Shown: positions 55,640-63,427 of the stretch, one piece after another
How positions within the stretch are numbered: the stretch's first letter is position 1
Layout of the letters: each line of letters starts with the position of its first letter
Assembly: GCA_017505535.1 (NCBI GenBank)
Contig: JAFVPD010000016.1
Span: forward strand, 192 to 64,191
Length of the DNA: 64,000 nt
Source of the DNA: Muribaculaceae bacterium
Lineage (GTDB): Bacteria; Bacteroidota; Bacteroidia; Bacteroidales; Muribaculaceae
Reading direction: 5' to 3'
The notes under the pieces: generated by a model
What the model saw: only the letters and a program-made list of their open reading frames with translations
Database searches by the model: none
Told to the model about the DNA's origin: nothing
Translations under genes and position numbers: made by a program

Positions 55640-58600
55640 ATGAGTTTATATTCAAGTGCAGTAAAGCGTCCGATTACAACCACCCTATGCTTTGTGGCTG
55701 TTACAATTATGGGGCTTTTCTCGCTATCAAAATTACCGATTGACCTTCTCCCAGATATTGAAACCAATACTATATTGGTTATGACCACATATCAAGGAGC
55801 AAGTGCTCAAGATATTGAGCAAAATGTAACCCGTCCGCTTGAAAACACTCTCAACTCGGTTGAGCACCTCAAGCACATCTCATCAAAATCACGCGAAAAT
55901 ATATCAATAATCACGCTTGAATTTGAGTTTGGATACGATATTGATGCATTGACCAATGATGTGCGAGACAAGCTTGACATGATAACCAGCTATCTGCCAG
56001 ATGCTGTCAATACCCCCATCATCTTCAAGTTCAGCACCGACATGATTCCCATCATGATGCTCTCGGTCCAAGCCGATGAAAGCATGCCAGGTCTTTACAA
56101 GATTCTAGATGAAGCCGTAGCCAATCCTTTGGCGCGTGTTGATGGAGTTGGTTCTGTATCTATTTCGGGAGCTCCTAAGCGCGAAATACACGTATATGTC
56201 GATCCTGTACGTTTGGAAGCATACAATCTTTCAATTGAGACTATTTCAAGCATCATAGCAGCCGAAAACCTCAACATTCCAGGCGGAAGTTTTGATGTGG
56301 GTTCTGACACTTATTCATTGCGTGTTCAAGGAGAGTTCACATCACCCGAGCAAATGCGCAACATTGTCGTTGGATCAAAAGATGGTCGAAACATATATCT
56401 CCACGATGTCGCACGCATTGATGACTCGCTCGAAGAACGTGCACAACAAACTCATACCAATGGCATAAAAGGTGCTATGATAATTGTGCAAAAACAATCA
56501 GGAGCCAATTCAGTAGAAATTTCAAATGAAATTCTTGCAATGCTTCCCGACTTGCAAAAACGTCTTCCCTCCGACGTTAAACTTGACATGATTGTTGACA
56601 CCTCAGAAAACATCAATAACACCATCGACTCGTTAGTTGAGACCGTATTGTATGCATTGCTATTTGTGGTCATAGTCGTATTCTGTTTCCTCGGTCGCTG
56701 GCGCGCTACATTGATTATATGTATCACAATCCCCATTTCTCTTATTGCTTCATTTATTTATTTGGCAATTACAGGAACAAGCCTCAACATCATATCTTTG
56801 TCTTCTTTGTCTATCTCTATCGGTATGGTGGTGGACGATGCAATTGTTGTGCTTGAAAACGTAACCACACACATTGAACGAGGTTCAGACCCCAAACAGG
56901 CTGCGATACACGGCACCAACGAAGTAGGTATTTCAGTAATAGCATCTACGTTAACACTCATTGCTGTATTCTTCCCATTGACACTCGTAACAGGCATGAC
57001 CGGTGTGCTATTCCAACAACTCGGTTGGATGGTAACAATCATGATGATTATTTCAACCACATGTGCGTTGTCCTTAACACCAATGCTTTGTTCTCAATTG
57101 TTACGCAAAGGGGTAAAACATGGAAAGATGTACACTCTCCTATTCACTCCTATCAACCGAGCTTTAGATGCACTTGACCGTGCCTATGGTCGCTCATTGA
57201 ATTTTGTCGTGACGCACAAAATATCATCAATCATCGTGTGTACAGCAATCTTCATTGCATCTATATTCCTATTGAAATTTGTGGGGACTGAATTCTTCCC
57301 TACTTCCGATAACGGCCGATTGGGCGTATCACTTGAGCTTCCGATAGGTACTCGCGTTGAAATTGCCGATGAAGTTACCGCACGCCTTGCCAACGAATGG
57401 CGTGAAAAATATCCCGAAATAAAGATATTAAATTATACTACAGGACAAGCATCTACCGACAACACATTTGCGTCATTACAAAACAACGGTTCTCACATTG
57501 TGTCAATGAATATTTCTCTTGTTGATCTTGACCAACGTGAGCGCCGAATCACTGAGATTGCAGAATTAATGCGTGAAGATCTCAAGAACTACCCCGAATT
57601 CAAAAAACAACAAGTAAATGTTGGTGGTAGTCGTGGCGGCGGCATGGGTGGCCAGTCAACAATTGACTATGAAATCTATGGCTATGACTTTGAAGAAACC
57701 GACTCAGTTGCACAACAACTCAAACGCATTCTTCAAAACATCAAGGGAACTGCCGATATCTTAATCTCTCGCGATGACTATCAACCTGAATATCAAGTTG
57801 ATTTTGACCGCGAAAAATTAGCAATTTACGGCTTAAACTTGCAAACAGCTGCAACCTACCTACGAAACCGCATCAATGGTAGCCTTGCTTCTCAATATCG
57901 CGAAGATGGTGAGGAATATGACATCAAAGTGATGTATGCTCCCGAACATCGCACCTCAATCGCCGACATTGAAAACATTCTCATCTATAGTCCAACCGGA
58001 AAAGCAATTCGTATCAAAGATGTGGGTAAAGTCGTTGAACGTTTTTCGCCACCTACAATTGAACGTAAAGACCGCGAACGCATCATCACCGTTTCAACAG
58101 TTGTTTCAGGCGTGCCAATGAGTGAAGTTGTTGCAGCTTCACAAAAAGAGCTAGATAAGATGGATATTCCGGCCGGTATCAACATCGAACTCGCCGGTAG
58201 CTACGAAGACCAACAAGAAGCATTTGGAGACCTACTCTTGCTCGGATTGCTCATTATCATTCTTGTTTACATTGTAATGGCTGCCCAGTTTGAATCTTAC
58301 GTTTACCCTGGTATTATCATGACATCTCTTCCATTTGCATTTACCGGTATATTCGTGCTATTATTTATCACCGGTCATAATCTAAATGTGATGTCAATGA
58401 TTGGTGCCATAATGTTGATTGGTATCGTGGTGAAAAACGGTATTGTACTCATCGACTATATCTCACTCAACCGTGAACGCGGAATGAGTATTCGCACCGC
58501 TGTAGTTGATGGAGGTGAATCACGTCTTCGCCCTATCATAATGACAGCTTTGACTACAATTCTTGGTATGGTACCAATGGCCGTTAGTACAGGTCAAGGG

Positions 58601-58753
58601 GCCGAAATGTGGCAACCAATGGGTGTGGCAGTTATTGGAGGTTTGACATTCTCTACACTACTCACCCTCTTCTACGTTCCTGCAATGTACTGTCTATTTG
58701 CAGCCGTTGGAGTAAAACGCACCCGCAAAGCCCTTCGCAAGGCTAAACTTTAG
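55640..58753 (+). CDS. Efflux RND transporter permease (AcrB/HAE1-like)
   Basis: 1037 aa with 12 TM helices and two large periplasmic loops. Confidence 0.93.
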   Translation: MSLYSSAVKRPITTTLCFVAVTIMGLFSLSKLPIDLLPDIETNTILVMTTYQGASAQDIEQNVTRPLENTLNSVEHLKHISSKSRENISIITLEFEFGYDIDALTNDVRDKLDMITSYLPDAVNTPIIFKFSTDMIPIMMLSVQADESMPGLYKILDEAVANPLARVDGVGSVSISGAPKREIHVYVDPVRLEAYNLSIETISSIIAAENLNIPGGSFDVGSDTYSLRVQGEFTSPEQMRNIVVGSKDGRNIYLHDVARIDDSLEERAQQTHTNGIKGAMIIVQKQSGANSVEISNEILAMLPDLQKRLPSDVKLDMIVDTSENINNTIDSLVETVLYALLFVVIVVFCFLGRWRATLIICITIPISLIASFIYLAITGTSLNIISLSSLSISIGMVVDDAIVVLENVTTHIERGSDPKQAAIHGTNEVGISVIASTLTLIAVFFPLTLVTGMTGVLFQQLGWMVTIMMIISTTCALSLTPMLCSQLLRKGVKHGKMYTLLFTPINRALDALDRAYGRSLNFVVTHKISSIIVCTAIFIASIFLLKFVGTEFFPTSDNGRLGVSLELPIGTRVEIADEVTARLANEWREKYPEIKILNYTTGQASTDNTFASLQNNGSHIVSMNISLVDLDQRERRITEIAELMREDLKNYPEFKKQQVNVGGSRGGGMGGQSTIDYEIYGYDFEETDSVAQQLKRILQNIKGTADILISRDDYQPEYQVDFDREKLAIYGLNLQTAATYLRNRINGSLASQYREDGEEYDIKVMYAPEHRTSIADIENILIYSPTGKAIRIKDVGKVVERFSPPTIERKDRERIITVSTVVSGVPMSEVVAASQKELDKMDIPAGINIELAGSYEDQQEAFGDLLLLGLLIIILVYIVMAAQFESYVYPGIIMTSLPFAFTGIFVLLFITGHNLNVMSMIGAIMLIGIVVKNGIVLIDYISLNRERGMSIRTAVVDGGESRLRPIIMTALTTILGMVPMAVSTGQGAEMWQPMGVAVIGGLTFSTLLTLFYVPAMYCLFAAVGVKRTRKALRKAKL

Positions 58754-58856
58754 GGAACTTTTATAAATTGCTTTGTTCCCCACAACTATTGTTTAACCAA
58801 TTCGTGGAATTTATAGAAATTCCCTTTAATGAATCATCTCAAAAAATCGCATTCAA

Positions 58857-59150
58857 ATGAAATCAATATTCATAGCATTTGACCAAGCCTACTACGAACG
58901 CATAATTGACATGCTTGAAAAAAACAATTGCCGTGGGTTTACTGCATGGCAAGAAGTTCAAGGGCGTGGCACCAAAAGCGGAGAGCCTCACTATGGCTCT
59001 CACGCTTGGCCTTCGTTGGCTTCAGCTATAATCACCTTTGTGGACGATTCACGCGTTGAATACGTATTAAACGCACTCCACCAAATGGATATCGAAACAC
59101 CCAAATTGGGGCTCAGAGCTTTTGTTTGGGACGTTGAAAAAAATATATAG
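58857..59150 (+). CDS. Small P-II-like protein associated with the RND operon (PG0541-type)
   Basis: 97 aa, cytoplasmic, with a beta-alpha-beta pattern. Lies directly downstream of the pump gene. The family name is from memory. Confidence 0.55.
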   Translation: MKSIFIAFDQAYYERIIDMLEKNNCRGFTAWQEVQGRGTKSGEPHYGSHAWPSLASAIITFVDDSRVEYVLNALHQMDIETPKLGLRAFVWDVEKNI

Positions 59151-59192
59151 CATTTTTTTCTAAAAAAGTTTGCACATGTCCACCTTTAGCAG

Positions 59193-59200
59193 TACCTTTG
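59193..59200 (+). promoter_or_regulatory. -7 box (TACCTTTG) for tRNA-Leu(TAG)
   Basis: Matches TAnnTTTG, ending 11 nt before the mature tRNA 5' end. Confidence 0.55.
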
Positions 59201-59210
59201 TACTGCATTT

Positions 59211-59295
59211 GCGCACGTGGCGTAATTGGTAGCCGCGCTAGACTTAGGATCTAGTGTCGTGAGACGTGGGGGTTCGAGTCCCTTCGTGCGCACCA
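59211..59295 (+). tRNA. tRNA-Leu (anticodon TAG), CCA encoded
   Basis: Perfect acceptor stem GCGCACG/CGTGCGC, anticodon stem CTAGA/TCTAG with loop CTTAGGA, a long variable arm, T loop TTCGAGT, and 3' ACCA. Confidence 0.92.
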
Positions 59296-59304
59296 AGCCT
59301 GAAC

Positions 59305-59336
59305 GAGGAAGATTCTTTGAGTCTTCCTCATTTTTT
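59305..59336 (+). terminator. Terminator after tRNA-Leu(TAG)
   Basis: GAGGAAGA...TCTTCCTC forms an 8-bp stem followed by ATTTTTT. Confidence 0.8.
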
Positions 59337-59435
59337 ACATTTACTTCATTTTCTGGCAAGGGAACCTTTTATTTCAATAATTCCGAATATCTGGCACTGT
59401 ATCAACATTTAATTCTTAACACAACATTACATCGC

Positions 59436-59894
59436 ATGAATTGCTTACTCGTAATTTTTAAGCCAGGAATACCATTCTATTCAATAAACGATATTCAACC
59501 AATATTACAGCGTGCTATGCCCCAATATACGCTAAACAATAGCGGAGATAGTTTAGACCTATCTCCATGGGCAGCCGATATCATTGAACCTTATTTTCAA
59601 TCAGAATCAAGCCAAAAGATATTCCTACAAATATCATTCTACATACGTGATAGCTGGCTATATTGTCATGATGAATATGTGAACCTCAAAAATCTTGTAA
59701 CTGATATCTGTTCTGTACTTGAGACTGACGAATGGTGGTGGAGCTCTGAAATGCAATATGACCAATACGATGAATATACTCCCATGCAAATTGAGACTTT
59801 TCTTAATAACAAGGAGCACACATTAGAATTTAGAGAGACTCTTAATATAGAATCTTACGACAACATCTGGTTTCTACACGACAGTTCAATTTGA
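59436..59894 (+). CDS. Hypothetical cytoplasmic protein (AT-rich, acidic, Trp/Tyr-rich)
   Basis: ORF 59226-59894 trimmed to the ATG at 59436 because the upstream part overlaps the tRNA and its terminator. 152 aa. Confidence 0.55.
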   Translation: MNCLLVIFKPGIPFYSINDIQPILQRAMPQYTLNNSGDSLDLSPWAADIIEPYFQSESSQKIFLQISFYIRDSWLYCHDEYVNLKNLVTDICSVLETDEWWWSSEMQYDQYDEYTPMQIETFLNNKEHTLEFRETLNIESYDNIWFLHDSSI

Positions 59895-59923
59895 GCATAG
59901 CGTATAAACTTTTAGTTCGCTGA

Positions 59924-60091
59924 GGCTGGTTCGAAGCAATAGCTCCCCACGATTGGTTAAATCTCGTCTTTGCTGACTCTGGTGTAGGTGGGGTGGTGCT
60001 CGCAAACCGGAGGTTTCGGGCTATGTCCTCAACCATCGGTTATTACATTAGCTTCGCGTCCCGTGCTTCGCACGTCTCCCACACAAAATAA
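59924..60091 (+). pseudogene. Truncated relic of the gene whose 3' end is at nt 1-149
   Basis: 55 open codons after TGA at 59921-59923. Peptide ...LVFADSGVGGVVLANRRFRAMSSTIGYYISFASRASHVSHTK* parallels the window-start peptide. Confidence 0.45.
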
Positions 60092-60101
60092 CTCTTGAGC
60101 C
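59962..60101 (+). repeat. Copy 2 of the dispersed gene-end repeat
   Basis: The core at 60051-60101 matches 109-159 at 48 of 51 positions. CTGAGCC recurs at 60111-60117. Confidence 0.85.
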
Positions 60102-60143
60102 ATAATTTTACTGAGCCGGGCCTTCTTCCAATTTTTATGGCAC

Positions 60144-60175
60144 AAAAAAAGCGAGACCGAAATTCAGTCTCGCTT
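60144..60175 (-). terminator. Terminator after tRNA-Arg
   Basis: On the minus strand, AAGCGAGAC...GTCTCGCTT forms a 9-bp stem followed by T7. Confidence 0.85.
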
Positions 60176-60177
60176 TG

Positions 60178-60251
60178 TGACTCCGACAGGATTCAAACCT
60201 GTAACCTTCTGATCCGTAGTCAGATGCTCTATTCAGTTGAGCTACGGAGCC
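60178..60251 (-). tRNA. tRNA-Arg (anticodon ACG)
   Basis: 74 nt with anticodon stem TCTGA/TCAGA and loop CTACGGA, and T arm ACAGG-TTTGAAT-CCTGT. The acceptor stem has one G-U pair. Confidence 0.88.
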
Positions 60252-60272
60252 ATCTATTTGCGTTTGCGAGTG

Positions 60273-60280
60273 CAAAGTTA
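60273..60280 (-). promoter_or_regulatory. -7 box (TAACTTTG) for tRNA-Arg
   Basis: The reverse complement of CAAAGTTA matches TAnnTTTG, 22 nt upstream of the tRNA 5' end. Confidence 0.45.
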
Positions 60281-60367
60281 ATGCAAATATTTGTAATGGC
60301 AAACATTTTTGGCCATTTTTTTGCGAATATTTTTCCGCGCCAATGCAAAGTTCTGAAACATGGATAT

Positions 60368-61213
60368 TTACAATCCGAACGATACCGTTGTAAAATATCG
60401 GAGAGATCCATCGTTGGCATAACCGGGGCTAAATTCCAAAGACACATATCCTCCATCGTAACCAAACCATGTTGCCACGAAGCCATTATTTACAGCCTCA
60501 TATCTAATTGGAGCACCATAACGTCCTACAAAAGTCGTATAAACCTGATTGTAGCGACTGCGGTCGTAATGGCGAGTTGAGTAACTGAATCTGCTACCAT
60601 ACAATCCAGAGGAGCCATAATAGAGCACTGCATCGGGCCACATGAGCGACAATTGGTTCACATTGCGCAAATATACTACGTCGCTACCATAGCCATCAAC
60701 AGCATAACCATTTAAAAACAGATAGTCGAGCGATGCATTTATGGCCGACCCAAATGCGAGACCTAAAATGCTATGAATCACCGGACACCCACGGTGGGGT
60801 CTGAATGCCGGAGGAGGCGTAGGACGATGATAGACCTTGTAATGCGGACGATGTGGGCGATGAGGCGGAGCTACATGCACCGGACGATGATTGTGTCCGT
60901 GGTGGGGAGTTCCCACTTTTGGAGGCCTATTATGATTTGGGCGATTAACATCGTGAGACTTTCCGGGCTTGTGGTTGCGATTGTCATGTTGATTATATCG
61001 TCCATTGTCACGATTGGGTTGGCGATTATTTTTGTTTGCCGAATGCTTTGAGTTATTGCGATTTTGATTGTTTGTCGATGAGCGATGAGAATTACCACGT
61101 TGCTCTGTGCGTTCCCCACGGCGACCATCACGACGTCCTTGTGCTTCAATTGTTGGCGTAACAAGTATTCCACACATGAATGCGATTGTTACTATTCTAA
61201 AAAGTCGTCTCAT
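60368..61213 (-). CDS. Secreted protein with a His/Arg/Asn/Pro-rich low-complexity region and a Tyr/Gly-rich C-terminal domain
   Basis: 281 aa with the signal peptide MRRLFRIVTIAFMCGILVTPTIEAQ. About 125 aa have almost no hydrophobic residues (RRDGRRGERTEQRG, NRNN, HRPHRPH runs), followed by a globular-looking C-terminus. Confidence 0.7.
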   Translation of the reverse strand: MRRLFRIVTIAFMCGILVTPTIEAQGRRDGRRGERTEQRGNSHRSSTNNQNRNNSKHSANKNNRQPNRDNGRYNQHDNRNHKPGKSHDVNRPNHNRPPKVGTPHHGHNHRPVHVAPPHRPHRPHYKVYHRPTPPPAFRPHRGCPVIHSILGLAFGSAINASLDYLFLNGYAVDGYGSDVVYLRNVNQLSLMWPDAVLYYGSSGLYGSRFSYSTRHYDRSRYNQVYTTFVGRYGAPIRYEAVNNGFVATWFGYDGGYVSLEFSPGYANDGSLRYFTTVSFGL

Positions 61214-61365
61214 AGTGATAAGTTTTATATGTTAATAATTTTCTTGTTTTCCTTTTGGAGTAAATTCATCCTTAAAAGTTTAATCAAATTGGCATTTTTG
61301 GAATAAAATGGCAGAATTTTCTACCTTTTCGCCAATCCCGCTATACCAAATAGGAATAATACCGA

Positions 61366-61373
61366 CAAAAATA
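61366..61373 (-). promoter_or_regulatory. -7 box (TATTTTTG) for the His-rich protein gene
   Basis: The reverse complement of CAAAAATA matches TAnnTTTG. It lies downstream of the orphan terminator and about 150 nt upstream of the ATG at 61213. Confidence 0.35.
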
Positions 61374-61398
61374 TCCCATTAATAATGGGGCCTTACCT

Positions 61399-61504
61399 CA
61401 AAAAAAACGAAATCCAGCTACTCTCTCGAGCCGCCGGATTCCTAACCTATGATTCACTTATTTGTTGTTGCGATCTTAACAATTGATATATTTGTACAAA
61501 ATTA
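61399..61504 (-). ncRNA. Candidate ~95-nt sRNA (orphan promoter plus terminator)
   Basis: On the minus strand, a -7 box TAATTTTG lies at 61497-61504. An intrinsic terminator GAAUCCGGC...GCUGGAUUUC (9 bp, one bulge) plus U8 lies at 61399-61440. No ORF ends here. Confidence 0.35.
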
Positions 61505-61629
61505 GAGAAAAATATTAACGCAAGCCATCAACCAACACATTTATTAGATTTTAATAACACATTTTTTGAATAGCCCATTCCAAAAAGAAGTTTTATAACA
61601 TAAAATTATAATATCCGCTTTATTATTAC

Positions 61630-61637
61630 TAAATTTG
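61630..61637 (+). promoter_or_regulatory. -7 box (TAAATTTG) for nagB
   Basis: Matches TAnnTTTG, 114 nt upstream of the ATG at 61751. Confidence 0.45.
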
Positions 61638-61750
61638 CAAAATGAAAGCGACAGAGTTATTAGAGTGTGGCAATGACACCAACAATCTCAGCATCGCAAT
61701 CAAAGCCTGAAAGTAACAATAATTTTCTAACAACTTAAATACGTGTAATA

Positions 61751-62560
61751 ATGAGACTTATCATTGAACCTAATTACGACGAAGTATCTCGTTGGGCTGC
61801 CAATTATGTTGCAGCACAAATCAATGCGGCCAATCCAACTCCCGAAAAACCTTTTGTGCTCGGTTGCCCCACAGGAAGCTCTCCATTGGGACTATATCGC
61901 AACCTCATCAAGCTCAACAAAGAAGGTAAAGTATCGTTTAAAAATGTTGTAACATTCAACATGGACGAATACTGTGGCATTCCTCGTGACCACGAACAAA
62001 GCTACTACACTTTCATGTGGACCAACTTCTTTAACCAAATCGACATTCTTCCCGAAAACGTGAACATTCTCAATGGCAATGCTGAAGATCCCATTGCTGA
62101 ATGCGCTCGCTATGAAGAAAAAATCAAATCATACGGAGGTATTGACCTTTTCATGGGTGGTGTAGGTCCTGACGGACACATCGCGTTCAATGAGCCAGGT
62201 TCTTCTTTGGTTTCTAAAACCCGCATGAAAACCCTCACTCAAGACACTATTATCGCCAACTCTCGTTTCTTCAACAACGACGTAAACCAAGTGCCCAAAA
62301 CAGCATTAACAGTTGGTGTTGGCACTGTTATGGCAGCAAAAAGCGTATTGCTCATCGTTAACGGCTACAACAAAGCTCGCGCACTACGTCATGGTGTAGA
62401 AGGTGCAGTATCTCAACAATGGACAATCTCAGCACTTCAAATGCACGCAAAAGCTATCATCGTGTGCGACGAAGATGCTTGCGCAGAACTCAAAGTTGGA
62501 ACATACCGCTACTTCAAAGACATTGAAGGCGCAAACCTCAATCCCGACACTCAACTCTAA
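61751..62560 (+). CDS. nagB: Glucosamine-6-phosphate deaminase
   Basis: 269 aa starting MRLIIEP, with the [23 protein letters not shown] motif. Confidence 0.95.
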   Translation: MRLIIEPNYDEVSRWAANYVAAQINAANPTPEKPFVLGCPTGSSPLGLYRNLIKLNKEGKVSFKNVVTFNMDEYCGIPRDHEQSYYTFMWTNFFNQIDILPENVNILNGNAEDPIAECARYEEKIKSYGGIDLFMGGVGPDGHIAFNEPGSSLVSKTRMKTLTQDTIIANSRFFNNDVNQVPKTALTVGVGTVMAAKSVLLIVNGYNKARALRHGVEGAVSQQWTISALQMHAKAIIVCDEDACAELKVGTYRYFKDIEGANLNPDTQL

Positions 62561-62585
62561 CGAGTAGATTGATTTTTCAATACAA

Positions 62586-62625
62586 AAACCGCAACAACAC
62601 CGAGGTGTTATTGCGGTTTATTTTT
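62586..62625. terminator. Bidirectional terminator between nagB (+) and the flavin reductase gene (-)
   Basis: AAACCGCAACAACACC..GGTGTTATTGCGGTTT forms a ~16-bp stem with 1 mismatch. T runs are present on both strands. Confidence 0.8.
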
Positions 62626-62690
62626 ACCTATAAATTCCAGGAATTTGTCAAACAATAATCATCGGGAGGTTTCCTTATGTTTCGTAGCTC

Positions 62691-63254
62691 CTACCCTTTC
62701 AATCGTTTCCCCACCACAAACGCATCGGCCACCTTGTCGCCCACGGCAAGATAATCGTGGCTTATGGGGTCATACACCACCGGTTTAACTTTCCCCAACG
62801 AGATGTTACCCTCTGCATCAAGCACATCATTAACAGCCGACACATTCACAATGCGACCAACCATGTAACACGACTCCTCATCATACGACACAAGTTCACA
62901 CTCAAGCGCAACCGGCAATTGCTCAATAATTGGAGCATTTACACTTTGGGCTTTTTTCACCGTAAGACCGGCACGAGAAAGTTTATCGGGCACTTTGTTT
63001 CCTGAAACTATCCCCACATAATCACATTCTACAATAGCGTCAGCCGTAGCCGGGCTAACCGTAAACGCGCCTGTTTTCAAAATGTTGCGAGTAGTCTTAT
63101 GATTCTCCGATAGGCATATACCCACCATGTCATCGGTATAAACGCCACCCCATGCAGCATTCATCGCATTGGGAACTCCATCGGCATCGTAAGCCGCAAC
63201 TATCAACACCGGCATTGGGAACAGCCATGTTTTCGCACCAAAATCTTTTCTCAT
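62691..63254 (-). CDS. Flavin reductase family protein (flavoredoxin-like)
   Basis: 187 aa with a split-barrel FMN-binding-like N-terminus (...FPMPVLIVAAYDADGVPNAMNAAWGG). Confidence 0.8.
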   Translation of the reverse strand: MRKDFGAKTWLFPMPVLIVAAYDADGVPNAMNAAWGGVYTDDMVGICLSENHKTTRNILKTGAFTVSPATADAIVECDYVGIVSGNKVPDKLSRAGLTVKKAQSVNAPIIEQLPVALECELVSYDEESCYMVGRIVNVSAVNDVLDAEGNISLGKVKPVVYDPISHDYLAVGDKVADAFVVGKRLKG

Positions 63255-63392
63255 ATTTCTCTTGTTTTTTTAAATTAACACTAATCATTCACAATTGTTC
63301 GCCGACAATGACGGCCGCCGAACAGAGCTCTTTACGCAAAAGTATAACGAATTATTCAATTGAACAAGAGTTGACGATTAAAGAAAATTGCT

Positions 63393-63400
63393 TACTTTTG
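63393..63400 (+). promoter_or_regulatory. -7 box (TACTTTTG)
   Basis: Matches TAnnTTTG, 28 nt upstream of the ATG at 63428. Confidence 0.5.
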
Positions 63401-63427
63401 TGAGAACAAACCCAAACAAGACTTCTC

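Noticed and set aside
59226-59435. N-terminal 70 codons of ORF 59226-59894
   Set aside because: This part overlaps tRNA-Leu(TAG) and its terminator. The real start is more likely the ATG at 59436.
1-60101. The two direct repeat copies (29-159 and 59962-60101) as attL/attR of a ~60-kb integrated element
   Set aside because: The intervening DNA is core housekeeping (bamA, uppS, ribD, argH, pyrE, rpoN, ispG, purE and others). It contains no integrase, transfer or phage genes. The repeats read better as 3' ends of paralogous genes.
60051-60101. Group II intron 5' end, because the minus strand of the repeat core contains GUGCG
   Set aside because: Similarity between the copies spans only about 130 nt. 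There is no domain V/VI-like structure and no reverse-transcriptase ORF. The + strand coding interpretation, with its in-frame 9-nt indel, fits better.
60095-60580. 161-aa + strand ORF
   Set aside because: It runs across tRNA-Arg (minus strand) and its terminator, and it is antisense to the His-rich protein gene. Its composition is not protein-like.
61642-61710. 22-codon uORF (MKATELLECGNDTNNLSIAIKA) in the nagB leader
   Set aside because: Its ATG lies only 5 nt after the -7 box, at or before the expected transcription start. It is therefore unlikely to be on the mRNA.
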